Source of the DNA: an uncultured candidate division Zixibacteria bacterium
GTDB taxonomy: Bacteria > Zixibacteria > MSB-5A5 > RBG-16-43-9
Reading direction: 5' to 3'
Length of the DNA: 64,000 nt
Assembly: GCA_963713865.1 (NCBI GenBank)
Contig: OY970208.1
Span: forward strand, 448,001-512,000
A program made the position numbers and the translations under genes. Positions 7,007-17,390 of this stretch are shown piece after piece. Position 1 is the first letter of the stretch. Each line of letters begins with the position of its first letter. The notes under the pieces were generated by a model. That model saw only the letters and a list, made by a program, of their open reading frames with translations, ran no database searches and was not told the origin of the DNA.

Positions 7007-9778
7007 TCAGTTTTTTAATTGGGTTAATTTCGTTTCTTTTCCAAACCATCCGGATATTTCATCTAAAAGCTCTTTTTTATTTTTAACGACTCCGCTTTTT
7101 ATCGGGAGCGAGTCTAAAAAGAATCTCCCATACCTCTGGGTTAAAACCCGGCTGTCCAAAATTATCACCAATCCATAATCGTCCTTTTTCCGGATAAGCC
7201 TTCCAAAACCCTGCTTGAACTTAATAACCGCCTCAGGCAAAGAGTAGCTCAAAAACGGGTTTTCTCCAGCACTTTCTAACTTTTCCATCCGGGCACTTAC
7301 CAAAGGCTCGGTTGGCACTGCAAAAGGTAATTTTACCAGGATTAAAATCTCCAGGGCTTTGCCCGGTGCATCCACCCCTTCCCAGAAAGAGGAAGTCCCT
7401 AAAAGAATTGCCCCTTCTTCTCCCTTGAACCTCTCAAATAGATTGGTGCTCTGCCCGTCTCTTCCCTGGGCTAAAAAGACGATTCCGTCTTCTTCAAAAC
7501 CTGATTTGAGACTCTTATAAACCTTATCCAACATCTCATAGGAGGTGAACAAAGCTAAAATATTTTTTCTGTATTTTTTACCGCATTCCTTTATCAATTC
7601 CTTGGAGGCTTCAACATACCCCTCTGCCTTAGGAGAAGGTATGAATGAGGGAATTAAAACTTTTGCCTGCTTTTCAAAAGTAAAAGCAGAGCCCAGGCAG
7701 AGGGTTTTGACCCTTTCCTCTTCGACCAGATTCAAACCCAATCTTTCTTTTATATAAGAGAAATCTCCATTAACTGAAAGAGTAGCTGAGGTAAAGACTA
7801 CCGTTCGCAGATTTTCATATAAAAGCTGATTTAAACTTTCCCCAACCTCTAAGGGAGCCATATAGAATTTGGAATCAAGCCCATCTTTTTGAGCTGGAAA
7901 CTCTATCCAGAAGACAAAACCTTCATCCTCAGCTGAAAACAAAGCTTTAGCCGTGTCGATCAGAGACTGAATTTCTGCTACATCGGCTTGAAGCTGTTGC
8001 AGGTTTTCATACTTTCCCTCTATCTCTGAGCTTTTAAACTCCTCTAATCCGGTTGAGATTACCTCTAAACCATCTTTCAATTTCTTAAAATGATTTAGAA
8101 GCTTCTCTCCTTCCTCTTTTAGCTCTGAAATTAAGGGGTCATCCTTTTTATATCTGAGTTTGAAGCTGTCATTGGAAGAATATCTTTTTAATCCTGGAGG
8201 AATTTTGTTGAAAAACTCTTCAGAGAATTTATAAGTTTTGAGAACCTCCTCTATCCCTTTTTTCAGTTTCTCCTCCAGCCAGACCTTTTCAGCTTTTTTC
8301 AGATATCCCTGTTGAAACTTTGATTTTATCTCTCCTAATACCCCCCATTCAGTTTGAAGTTTTCTGTGATAAATCTGGTCCAGGACCTCTTTTATTTTCC
8401 AGAAGGAAAGCTCATTTCCCAAAAACTGGGTTGCCACATTTTCCAGGTTATGGGCTTCATCCAGGATCAGATTGTCTGCCGCCAGAGTTTTCCCCTCAGC
8501 CAGAAGGTCTGAGAACAAAAGGGAATGATTTACCACTAAAAGGTCTGATTTTTGTGCCTCCCTTCTGATTTTAAAATAGAAGCATCTTTGATAATATGGG
8601 CATTCCTGGTTCAGACAAAAGCTGCCGTCACACTGGACCCTGTTCCATATTGAGAAATCTTTGGATAGATCAAACCCGCTGTCTTCAGCCACATCTCCGG
8701 ATCCGGTCTCTGAAGCCCAGACTGCCAAATTTGCCAGGCATCTCTGGTCTTCAAGCGAAAGCTCGTATTCAGCCTTATTAATCCAGCCATAAAGCCGGTA
8801 AAGGCAGAGATAATTCTTTTTCCCTTTAAGCAGGGTTACTTTAAATTTAAAGGGTAGAGCTTTTTCTAACAGGGGAAGGTCTTTGAAGAAAAGCTGCTCC
8901 TGGAGATTTTTGGTATTGGTGGAAACGACACTCTTTTCATTATTTTTTTCTGACCATAACAAAGCTGGCACCAGATAGGCTAAGGATTTTCCTACGCCCG
9001 CACCAGCCTCGACTAAAAGGAATTCTCCCTGGTTAAAAGCTCTTGCCACGTTTTGCGCCATCCTTTTCTGTTCTTCCCTTTGTTCAAATTTTTTCATCTG
9101 AGAGGAAATCAACCCTTCACTCTGGTAATATTCTAAAACCTCCTCCTCCTTGAGCCAAACGTGACTGTAATTTTTGTTTGGGCTTTTCTCTTTCTCACCT
9201 CGACTCCCCTGGAAATCGAGCAGAAGCTCCCCATTTTCCTCAGGAGGTATGAGATCTTTCAGCTCTATTTTTCTTCCCTCCATCAGAAATTTTAAACAGC
9301 TGTCTTTTGACCCGAAGGAAAGGCTCATCAGCTGCTGAAAAACAGAGGGGCTTAATTTCTGGATTTTATGAATCAAAGCTAACAGAAGCTGATTAACCAA
9401 GTCAGCTTCTCTTCTGGAATAAGTCGAATCTAAATTGAAATACTGAGCAACCGTCTCTAACTTGAAATCTTTTAAGCGGGGCAAGAGTATTCTGGATAAT
9501 TCTTTCAGGTCTAAGATATTTTCTGGTTGAATGGAAATTTTTCTCAGAACATTCTCCCAATCCTCAAGGTCAAAAATGACTATAGTGCTTTCTTCTGTGA
9601 ACTCCTCTAAGACTTGAATCTCTTTTGGTTTAATCTTTTTTGAAGCGACAGGGAGACCCAACTTCCCTTCTATTTTCAAATCCTCAAGTTGAATCCCCGA
9701 GAGCTTGATTAACTTCTCTTCAGAAGTTGAATCGGGTTTACCTAAAACCGCAATCTTTTTCATAAATCCTGCTCTCAT
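7007..9778 (-). CDS. dinG: DinG/YoaA-family SF2 helicase with degenerate N-terminal exonuclease-like region
   Basis: EAGAGVGKS (Walker A), Fe-S Cys cluster, DEAH, TSATL, FWEGVD and FKQGFGRLIR motifs. Confidence 0.9.
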   Translation of the reverse strand: MRAGFMKKIAVLGKPDSTSEEKLIKLSGIQLEDLKIEGKLGLPVASKKIKPKEIQVLEEFTEESTIVIFDLEDWENVLRKISIQPENILDLKELSRILLPRLKDFKLETVAQYFNLDSTYSRREADLVNQLLLALIHKIQKLSPSVFQQLMSLSFGSKDSCLKFLMEGRKIELKDLIPPEENGELLLDFQGSRGEKEKSPNKNYSHVWLKEEEVLEYYQSEGLISSQMKKFEQREEQKRMAQNVARAFNQGEFLLVEAGAGVGKSLAYLVPALLWSEKNNEKSVVSTNTKNLQEQLFFKDLPLLEKALPFKFKVTLLKGKKNYLCLYRLYGWINKAEYELSLEDQRCLANLAVWASETGSGDVAEDSGFDLSKDFSIWNRVQCDGSFCLNQECPYYQRCFYFKIRREAQKSDLLVVNHSLLFSDLLAEGKTLAADNLILDEAHNLENVATQFLGNELSFWKIKEVLDQIYHRKLQTEWGVLGEIKSKFQQGYLKKAEKVWLEEKLKKGIEEVLKTYKFSEEFFNKIPPGLKRYSSNDSFKLRYKKDDPLISELKEEGEKLLNHFKKLKDGLEVISTGLEEFKSSEIEGKYENLQQLQADVAEIQSLIDTAKALFSAEDEGFVFWIEFPAQKDGLDSKFYMAPLEVGESLNQLLYENLRTVVFTSATLSVNGDFSYIKERLGLNLVEEERVKTLCLGSAFTFEKQAKVLIPSFIPSPKAEGYVEASKELIKECGKKYRKNILALFTSYEMLDKVYKSLKSGFEEDGIVFLAQGRDGQSTNLFERFKGEEGAILLGTSSFWEGVDAPGKALEILILVKLPFAVPTEPLVSARMEKLESAGENPFLSYSLPEAVIKFKQGFGRLIRKKDDYGLVIILDSRVLTQRYGRFFLDSLPIKSGVVKNKKELLDEISGWFGKETKLTQLKN

Positions 9779-9923
9779 AGCTCTACCAACGAATTGTCTA
9801 TCGGGTTGCTGGATTATAAAGCTTTAGCTTTATCTAGTAAACCTGTCCTACTAATCCAAATTTGGAAAGGTTTACACTCCAGATCATCTATCTGTCAACC
9901 TGCCACCTACCACCTATAACTGA

Positions 9924-11354
9924 TTATTTTCTCAAATTGAAGCAAACCATTTTAATGTCGGTCATTTCTTCAATTGCAAATTTTACACCCTCTCTACCGA
10001 TTCCGCTTTCTTTTACGCCACCGTAAGGCATATTATCTGCCCGGTAAGTAGGCACGTCATTTACTATTACCCCGCCTACTTTTATTCCTTTGATTGCCTC
10101 AAAGGCATTTTCGATATTATCTGTAAAGACTCCTGCCTGAAGCCCGTAGATAGAATTGTCTACCATCTTGACTGCATCAGAGAAATCATCAAACGGAATA
10201 AAACTTACCACAGGGGCAAAGACCTCTAAAGCCATAACCTTCATCTCCGGTTTGACATTTTCTAAAACAGTTGGGGAATAGAAAGCTACTTCCCTTTTCC
10301 CTCCGATTAAAATTTTGGCTCCATCTCTTACCGCTTCATTCACCCAAGATTCTGTTCTTATAGCATCTTCTTCTGTAATCATTGGACCAACATCAGTGGT
10401 TTTATCCAGGGGATCGCCCAATTTAAGCTTTGAAGTTTTCTCTAAAAAATCTTTTTTGAATCTTTCATATATATTTTTATGCAAATATACCCTTTGAACA
10501 GAGATGCAGATCTGCCCGGCATAAGCAAAGCTCCCCATAACCGACCTTTCCACGGCTAAATCTAAATCCGCATTTTCATCTACTATAACAGCAGAGTTTG
10601 AGCCAAGCTCCAAGGTAACTTTTTTCAAACCTGATTTTTCCTTAATCCTTCTTCCTACGGGTGGGCTTCCGGTAAAAGTAATCATTGAAACCCTTTCGTC
10701 TGTCACCAGCCAATCGCCAACCGTTCCACCTGAGCCGAAGATAATGTTCAGACCACCTGGCCGTAGCCCTGCTTCTATCATTATCTCCCCTAATTTAATC
10801 GAGGTCAAAGGGGTTAAAGAGGCAGGTTTAAGAATCACCGAACAACCAGCCGCAACGGCTGGTGCTACTTTATGCGCCACTAAGTTCAAAGGAAAATTAA
10901 AAGGGGAAATTGCTCCGATCACTCCTACTGGAAATCTCAGAAAAAATCCCACCCTTTTCTCTCCGCCAACTGAGGCATCTAAGGGAACAGTATGTCCGCA
11001 AATATTTTTTGCCTCTTCAGATGCGAACTTAAAGGTCTGAACAGACCTTTCCACTTCAGCCATAGCATGTTTCCAGGCTTTGCCCGCCTCCATACAGATT
11101 ATACGGGTCATCTCCTCCTTGTTCTTCTCAATTAACTCTGAGGTGTTCTGTAAAATCTTTCCCCTCTGGTAAGCTGGAAGAGAAAACACCGCTTTAAATC
11201 CATCCAGTGAAGATAAAATCGCCTTCTCAAAGTTCTCTTTACTTGTATCCGGAACTTTTCCGATCACCTCTTGAGTGTATTTGTTTTTAACCTCAAAATA
11301 TTTCTCCCCGGAGACCCACTTGCCCCCGATCAACATCTTATATTCCTTTTCCAT
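9924..11354 (-). CDS. NAD(P)-dependent aldehyde dehydrogenase
   Basis: PFNFP, FTGS, LELG, catalytic Cys in GQICIS, EVFAP and PYGGVKESG motifs; start adjusted to MEKEYK. Confidence 0.92.
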   Translation of the reverse strand: MEKEYKMLIGGKWVSGEKYFEVKNKYTQEVIGKVPDTSKENFEKAILSSLDGFKAVFSLPAYQRGKILQNTSELIEKNKEEMTRIICMEAGKAWKHAMAEVERSVQTFKFASEEAKNICGHTVPLDASVGGEKRVGFFLRFPVGVIGAISPFNFPLNLVAHKVAPAVAAGCSVILKPASLTPLTSIKLGEIMIEAGLRPGGLNIIFGSGGTVGDWLVTDERVSMITFTGSPPVGRRIKEKSGLKKVTLELGSNSAVIVDENADLDLAVERSVMGSFAYAGQICISVQRVYLHKNIYERFKKDFLEKTSKLKLGDPLDKTTDVGPMITEEDAIRTESWVNEAVRDGAKILIGGKREVAFYSPTVLENVKPEMKVMALEVFAPVVSFIPFDDFSDAVKMVDNSIYGLQAGVFTDNIENAFEAIKGIKVGGVIVNDVPTYRADNMPYGGVKESGIGREGVKFAIEEMTDIKMVCFNLRK

Positions 11355-11454
11355 TTTCCCCTCTGGATTTTCTCTTTTTAAATCACACCAGAAATTTTTT
11401 ATCAATATAACCATCTTTATTTTTGCGGTCAAGGATTAAACTTGAGCAATACTA

Positions 11455-11513
11455 TGGAGTGTAAACCTTTAGGTTTATCGAGCTTAAAGGCAAAGCTGAA
11501 GCTTTACACTCCA
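11455..11513. repeat. REPIN-like doublet, TGGAGTGTAAA family
   Basis: TGGAGTGTAAACCTTTAGGTTTA...AAAGCTGAAGCTTTACACTCCA. Copies at 9810-9881, 37546-37681, 45412-45465, 53790-53864 and 60419-60481; variants at 13015-13093 and 61358-61382. Confidence 0.85.
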
Positions 11514-11605
11514 ATTAACATTTTCTGGATTTCAACTTTTACCTTGACTTAGACTTATCCCAAAACTATTTTTCAAAATGTCTTAAAAAATCAAAGGAGA
11601 AATAA

Positions 11606-13003
11606 ATGTCCCATCTGGAAAAATTAGCCATAATCGGGGGAGGACCTGCCGGGTATGTGGGAGCTATCAGAGGAGCTCAATTGGGAGCAGAAATCACTCT
11701 GATCGAGAAAAAAGAGGTTGGCGGCACCTGCTTAAATGTTGGCTGTATCCCTACTAAAACATTGACCTCCACCGCTCACCTTTATACCCTTATGAAGAAA
11801 TCTTCAAACTGGGGCATAGAGGCTGGTTTTCCCAGTTTAAACTGGGATCAGGTGATGAAGAGGAAAGAACAGGTTGTAAGAAGACTGGTCAACGGGGTTA
11901 AATTTCTTCTGAAAGAAAGAAAGGTAAATCTGATCTTAGGTACAGCTTCATTTTTAGATGAGAAAACTTTATTAATAAACAAAACTAATGGGGGGATAGA
12001 AAAGGTTCAGGCAGACAAAATTCTTATCTCAACCGGCTCAATTCCGATTAATCTTCCAGTTCCAGGAGCAGATTTAGATGGCGTGGTTGATAGCACTAAA
12101 GCTTTATCTTTTGAGGAAGTGCCAAAAACCCTTCTGATCGTGGGAGGTGGATATATAGGTTGTGAATTTGCTTCAATCTATCATTCCTTCGGCACTGAGG
12201 TAACCATAGTGGAGATGCTTCCCCAGATACTTCCGGGAGAAGACGAGGAGATAGTCTCTTTGCTCAGAAGAAAATTTGAAAAAGAGGGTATAAAAATCTA
12301 TACAGAGTCTAAAGTTACTGGAATCTATCTTACAGACAATAATACTAGGAAAATAAAAATATCCACCCTTGAGGGTGAAAAAGAGATCTTATCTGAAAAA
12401 GTCCTGATCTCTGTGGGAAGAAAGGTTTATACGGACGGATTAAATCTAAAAAGGATCGGAATAGAGCAGGAAAAGGTTCATATAAAAGTGGATGAATATA
12501 TGAGAACTAATCTTGAGGGTATTTACTCTGCCGGGGATTGCATCGGAGGATACCTTTTAGCTCATGTGGCTTCAATGGAGGCAGAATGTGCAGTTGAAAA
12601 TGCCTTGGGTGGAAATGTGAAAATGGATTATACGGCCGTGCCCAGATGCATCTTTACCTATCCGGAGATCGGTGGAGTGGGATTAACTGAGAAGGAAGCT
12701 TTAGCTAAAGGTTTTAAAACAAAAATCGGAAGATTCCCTTTCGTAGCCAATGGAAGAGCCTTAGCCGAGGATGAATCTGAAGGGATGGTAAAAATAATTG
12801 CAGAGGAGAAATCTGATAAAATTTTAGGATGTATAATAATGGGCAATCGAGGCACAGACCTAATAGCTGAACTGACTTTGGGAATTAAGATGGGGATAAA
12901 GCTTAAAGACTTAACTGAGACTATTCATGCTCATCCGACCTTGGCTGAGGCAGTCCGGGAAAGCGCTCTAAAATCCGATGGAAGATCAATTCATATCTTA
13001 TAA
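11606..13003 (+). CDS. lpdA: Dihydrolipoyl dehydrogenase
   Basis: GGGPAG, GGTCLNVGCIP redox disulfide, GGGYIG and HAHPTLAE motifs. Confidence 0.95.
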   Translation: MSHLEKLAIIGGGPAGYVGAIRGAQLGAEITLIEKKEVGGTCLNVGCIPTKTLTSTAHLYTLMKKSSNWGIEAGFPSLNWDQVMKRKEQVVRRLVNGVKFLLKERKVNLILGTASFLDEKTLLINKTNGGIEKVQADKILISTGSIPINLPVPGADLDGVVDSTKALSFEEVPKTLLIVGGGYIGCEFASIYHSFGTEVTIVEMLPQILPGEDEEIVSLLRRKFEKEGIKIYTESKVTGIYLTDNNTRKIKISTLEGEKEILSEKVLISVGRKVYTDGLNLKRIGIEQEKVHIKVDEYMRTNLEGIYSAGDCIGGYLLAHVASMEAECAVENALGGNVKMDYTAVPRCIFTYPEIGGVGLTEKEALAKGFKTKIGRFPFVANGRALAEDESEGMVKIIAEEKSDKILGCIIMGNRGTDLIAELTLGIKMGIKLKDLTETIHAHPTLAEAVRESALKSDGRSIHIL

Positions 13004-13685
13004 ATAGACAAAGATGGAGTGCATCAGCGTGTCGAATTTGACCTTGAGGCTGATGCATATTAGATAGAATGCAAGAGCAAGCTCTTGCACTCCGATCAAT
13101 TCATATATTGTAAAAAAACATTTCGGATTAACGGATATCATATAACGATTAGAATTCGTAGTGCGACCCTTTTAGGGTCGCTTAAGCGAGGCTAATCCCG
13201 CCGGCGGCGGGACGCACTACATATCCCCTCTCCTTTTACAAATGTATCGGCATTTCCCAATGTTGAGATCATAGAGACAGACCCAGGGGTCAGTTGCTGA
13301 AGTCTCTTTTGGGTGAATTTTTATATAGGGACAGGGCTTGTTGAGCGAAGCGAAATCTCGCCAAAGGCGGAGGTCCCTGTCCTAACCCTAATACTATGTT
13401 CACTCCTCCAGACTCAATATACCGTTTCTATGAGTTCGTCAACAGCCTCCCTGTATCTGCCCGATTCGAACTTGCTCACAAACAGGTGGAACAGACCTCT
13501 GGTCTGTTCAAAACAGGTCCTAGAAACGGATCCGTAGGACTGGAAGCCCGTACCACCCAATCTGAAAGCAAATTCTATAGCCGCAGATTTTAGTCTGCGT
13601 TCTGTTTTAAGACGGGATTAGGCGATTTATTGGGAATATAATATATACGGAAGAAAGGGGTTGTCATACAAATCTCTAAGGAATT

Positions 13686-14669
13686 TTATCGTGAAGAGGT
13701 AGAACTATCTCGACTTTCATAGAACTCTTCAATAAGCTCCTTCACTTTTATTCCGATCACCATTTTCCCCAATCGCGTAGCTAATTCTTTCTCTCCTATT
13801 CTTTCAAATAGAACTCCACCCAATCTTATCTCCGTGATGTCTTTCAGGGTGTCGAGATTAAAAAATACAGGACTTCCACTTTCACCGGGGAAAATAAAAT
13901 CTTCTATTCGTACTATGGCACAATCTTTCTTAAGAAAGATTTTTGGAATCATCGATATATTTGAGATAACTGCCACAGTATCTATTCTTCCTTCTTTGCA
14001 GCAGGTTTTCAAAAGGTTAGCTTCGGGATTATAAGACCCTGTGATAAAGCTAAACACATGGATTTCTGTACCTGTTGTGCATGCATCAAGGGGTAAAAGC
14101 ATATATTTTTTTAAAAAATGGTACGTCAAGGTGGTGTCAATCTCGAAATGATAAATTGCTAATTCAATTCCAGGATCAGAATGGAACACCAAAGCTTTTG
14201 ATTTGTAATAGGACTTTCTTGTATTAATTTTATCAACCTTTATTAAATTCTTATCCCTCTGTTGAGAATTGCACAGAAAATAAACTGGGTCTCTCCATCT
14301 TTTTTTGGCATGTCCCGCACTATCGTAGAAATCATAGAAATTGTGATTGACAGTTATCAAGAACAAGTATTTTGAGCTGACAGTATCTTCCACGAAAAAA
14401 CCCGTACCAATTATGCTATCGGTTGTCGGGTCGAGTGAAAGAAGCACGCACGTCTGGTTTACAAAATCCTTGACGACTGCGGAGATATCGCAGGAGGGGG
14501 GTTCTTTCTGAATTTTGATTTCACGCACCACTATCTGTTGAACTTGGCGGGGAAATAAAAAATAGGCAAGTGCAAATCCTGCGACGAAAAAAATAGCAAG
14601 AGCCGAGATAATGGTTGAGAATTTAGTGGTAAGATAATAGTATTTTCTGGGTACGAAGATTATTTTCAT
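13686..14669 (-). CDS. Membrane-anchored trypsin-like serine protease domain protein
   Basis: N-terminal TM helix; GTGFFV, LITVNH (His) and PGESGSPVF (Ser) motifs. Confidence 0.65.
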   Translation of the reverse strand: MKIIFVPRKYYYLTTKFSTIISALAIFFVAGFALAYFLFPRQVQQIVVREIKIQKEPPSCDISAVVKDFVNQTCVLLSLDPTTDSIIGTGFFVEDTVSSKYLFLITVNHNFYDFYDSAGHAKKRWRDPVYFLCNSQQRDKNLIKVDKINTRKSYYKSKALVFHSDPGIELAIYHFEIDTTLTYHFLKKYMLLPLDACTTGTEIHVFSFITGSYNPEANLLKTCCKEGRIDTVAVISNISMIPKIFLKKDCAIVRIEDFIFPGESGSPVFFNLDTLKDITEIRLGGVLFERIGEKELATRLGKMVIGIKVKELIEEFYESRDSSTSSR

Positions 14670-14715
14670 ACTACTCTTATAACCTCTGAAGAGATGTAAA
14701 TTGTCTTATCTTTAT

Positions 14716-14743
14716 ATTATAAAAAATTTTTCAGAATTGTCAA
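14716..14743 (-). promoter_or_regulatory. Sigma70 promoter for the protease gene
   Basis: Minus strand TTGACA (14743-14738), 16-bp spacer, TATAAT (14721-14716). Confidence 0.6.
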
Positions 14744-14759
14744 GGATTTTTGGCTCCGG

Positions 14760-16181
14760 TGTCAAGCCAATTTAGAAATGTTCTAGTTTTGCCAAAATAG
14801 AAATGACCTATTTGGTTAATATACATGTGCCTTCCTTTTTTGCAACGGGATTCCAATTTAAAGATCTTCTCCATGGATGATTCTCTGCAGGTTTAGGAGG
14901 GCGGTGAAATCTTCTCAGGTCTATGGCCTGTTCTATCTTAACAGGTTTTTCAGCGATCTCCCTATACCGCAGACTGGTTCCCTTGCCCATTATATGCAGG
15001 GAGCTGTTGAGCCTCTCCTCCACGATCACCTTATTGGTCTTCACAACCTCCCTTATCTGATAAAGCCTGCCGTTATGAGTTATGGTGTTATCGTTTCTTA
15101 CTGTGCGCTCGGTCTTTATGCAAAGATATTTGTCAAGATTGAAGTATTTTGGAACCCTTACATGCACATTGGTGTCATTTGCCGGACATACCCTGAACCG
15201 CCGGTTAAATTGTGGCAGATAATCCGCAAGGAATTCATTGGCCTCCTCAAGCGTCTTTATCCCCCTCAACCTCATTTCCTTTACAAGCCTGTCCTGTAAA
15301 ACTCCAAAGAGCCTTTCTACCCTTCCTTTTGCCTGTGGAGAATAAGCATGGATTACGTCTACCCCAAGCTCTTTAAGTGCTCTCTCAAACTGGCTCAAAG
15401 GCTCTATTTTCTCAAACTCCTCCCACTCTGTAGGCTTCTTAGTTGATTTGTAGGTGGTGTGCCTGTCCAGATAGATGCTTACAGGAAGCCCATATCTCCT
15501 CGCATAACGCTTAAAACTGTCCATCCCAGGGATAGTCCCCTCATAATCGTAAAACCTCGCAAAAACATGGTTGGTGGCATCATCTATGTAAGCCATCAGC
15601 ACAAGCTCAGGACCCCTGCCTTCAAGCCAGTCATGATGAGAACCATCCATCTGAACCATTTCTCCAAAACATTCCTTCCTTTGTTTCCACTGTCTGTGCC
15701 TTGACCTTTTATACCTCCTCTGCCATAGACCCGCCTCCATAAGCCATTTCCTCAGGGTCTCATCGCTTAACTTAATGCCGTCCAGTTCACCTAACTTCTC
15801 AGTTGCAAGGGTTGGACCAAAACCACTATACTTGCTTCTGTAGAACATTAATACCTTGGCTTTAACCTCAGCCGGTGTTTTCCTGTTTGAAAAACGACCT
15901 CGTAACCTGTGGATTACTCCTTCTTCTCCCTCCTCACGCACCACCCTAACCAGCCTTCTTGTCTGTCTCTCTGAAAGCCCTATCAGGGAAGCAGCTACCC
16001 TCTGGGTTATGTGTCTCTCTATAGCCTCCTGGATTACCTTTAATCGCTTAACCTCTCTTATGCTCATCCTGATAATGTCCTTCTCTGTCATAATCCTCCC
16101 GGTCTTTTAAGGGAAAATTATAGCTATGTCTTAGGACATTTCTACTTTGGTTAATTAGGACATTATCACTTTGGTGTAACA
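14760..16181 (-). mobile_element. Insertion sequence, IS1202 family (formerly ISNCY), with 16-bp target-site duplication
   Basis: TGT...ACA ends and reiterated subterminal motifs (CCAA.nTAGAAATG.CCTA-like). Direct repeat GGATTTTTGGCTCCGG at 14744-14759 and 16182-16197. Confidence 0.9.
14808..16091 (-). CDS. IS1202/ISNCY-family DDE transposase
   Basis: HTH N-terminus; GEMVQMDGSHHDW, IDDAT, YLDRH and SPQAKGRVERLFGVLQDRL motifs. Confidence 0.95.
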   Translation of the reverse strand: MTEKDIIRMSIREVKRLKVIQEAIERHITQRVAASLIGLSERQTRRLVRVVREEGEEGVIHRLRGRFSNRKTPAEVKAKVLMFYRSKYSGFGPTLATEKLGELDGIKLSDETLRKWLMEAGLWQRRYKRSRHRQWKQRKECFGEMVQMDGSHHDWLEGRGPELVLMAYIDDATNHVFARFYDYEGTIPGMDSFKRYARRYGLPVSIYLDRHTTYKSTKKPTEWEEFEKIEPLSQFERALKELGVDVIHAYSPQAKGRVERLFGVLQDRLVKEMRLRGIKTLEEANEFLADYLPQFNRRFRVCPANDTNVHVRVPKYFNLDKYLCIKTERTVRNDNTITHNGRLYQIREVVKTNKVIVEERLNSSLHIMGKGTSLRYREIAEKPVKIEQAIDLRRFHRPPKPAENHPWRRSLNWNPVAKKEGTCILTK

Positions 16182-16489
16182 GGATTTTTGGCTCCGGCTC
16201 TGCATTTAATCCATAGGGAAGAAATACTCTGAAAATAATCCTTGACAAATAATAAGACTGAATTATCTTTAGATGGACAGTTTAAAAAAGAAAGGAGGTG
16301 TTTTCTTATAATGTAAGTCTTTATTCTGCAACTGCTTAATTTTTTATAATTTTTTTCTTGAAAAAGTTTTTAAAAAAAATTAATTAATTGAGAGGAAACT
16401 CCGATTAACAAAAGAGGAGGATTTTTTTAGAATATTTATCAAATAAATGAGTTAGCTAACCGTAAAACAGTTTGGGAGGAAAAGCTAAG

Positions 16490-16594
16490 ATGGTTAAGAA
16501 ATTTTTCTTCTTTTTTTGGATAATGATTTTTTTAGCATTTGTGGTAATTGGACCTTCAGTAATAGCTGGTGTGAGCATGGGTGGACACTATTAG
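16490..16594 (+). CDS. Unannotated 34-aa small protein with signal-peptide-like architecture
   Basis: GGAGG at 16475-16479; translates MVKKFFFFFWIMIFLAFVVIGPSVIAGVSMGGHY*; below the ORF-track length cutoff. Confidence 0.55.
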   Translation: MVKKFFFFFWIMIFLAFVVIGPSVIAGVSMGGHY

Positions 16595-16670
16595 ACCGAA
16601 GGGGGAACAGGGGGCAAGTCAGGTTAAATCTAAATCGTCTTAGCAGCCCCTTGAAGCTAAAAGTACAGAT

Positions 16671-17390
16671 ATGAGAAGCAGACTGGTTTTACTTGCCGAA
16701 ATAATAGTTTTTCTGCTCTTATTTTTTCTTATTATAAAAGCCTATACAGTGTGGGTGTGGGTGGCATTGGCTATATTCATTGCTTTATTAATCTATTTCA
16801 ATATAAAGTCCACATTAGTTATGCAACCGCTTCCGTTTCATGCCAAAGAGCTAAATCTACGGTTAGACTTCCTGGACAGTACTGGAGAGCGGGTTCATGT
16901 GACTAAAGAGCAACTAACCAAATCCCTGAAGAGAACCGCTTATAAATATGTAGATCGAGGTATAGGTGGGACAGGAAAGATAAATAATTTTAAATCCTCT
17001 GTTTACATTGCAAACGAATGGCAGGTGGTGAAGACCCCTCTTCAGGTTACTGTGGAGGGGGCTGAACTTGCTGTGACAACAACCTTTGATGTCCCTTTAT
17101 CTCACAAAATATGGATCAGAAGAAAATTTGAGTTTGATTGTATTAATTGTTTTTTAGAAAAAGAAGAAAGCTTCGTCTTCAGAATCGATAATCCGACTGA
17201 GTTATTAAAGATAATGTTTGTCTTTAATGAACATCGGAGACCTGATCAGATAAACATCACTAAGATAATGGGAGCTTTTAAGAAGGAGTTACCCGAAATT
17301 CGACCCTCTTCGATAAAACGAGAAGTATTCGAATGGTTTATCCAAAAGCCTCCATTGTATTCGGAGTATCTTTTTCTGTGGAAGTGGTAG
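16671..17390 (+). CDS. Hypothetical protein, two N-terminal TM helices plus soluble beta-rich domain
   Basis: 239-aa ORF, hydrophobic residues ~5-44; no recognised family. Confidence 0.7.
   Translation: MRSRLVLLAEIIVFLLLFFLIIKAYTVWVWVALAIFIALLIYFNIKSTLVMQPLPFHAKELNLRLDFLDSTGERVHVTKEQLTKSLKRTAYKYVDRGIGGTGKINNFKSSVYIANEWQVVKTPLQVTVEGAELAVTTTFDVPLSHKIWIRRKFEFDCINCFLEKEESFVFRIDNPTELLKIMFVFNEHRRPDQINITKIMGAFKKELPEIRPSSIKREVFEWFIQKPPLYSEYLFLWKW

Noticed and set aside
13313-13593. Short ORFs 13313-13537 and 13396-13593
   Set aside because: The region is composed largely of REP-like hairpins, with no RBS or recognisable protein features.
14744-14759. IS target as a dif/Xer site
   Set aside because: No XerC/XerD-like 11-6-11 consensus is visible, and the long TSD does not fit the Xer-targeting subgroup.
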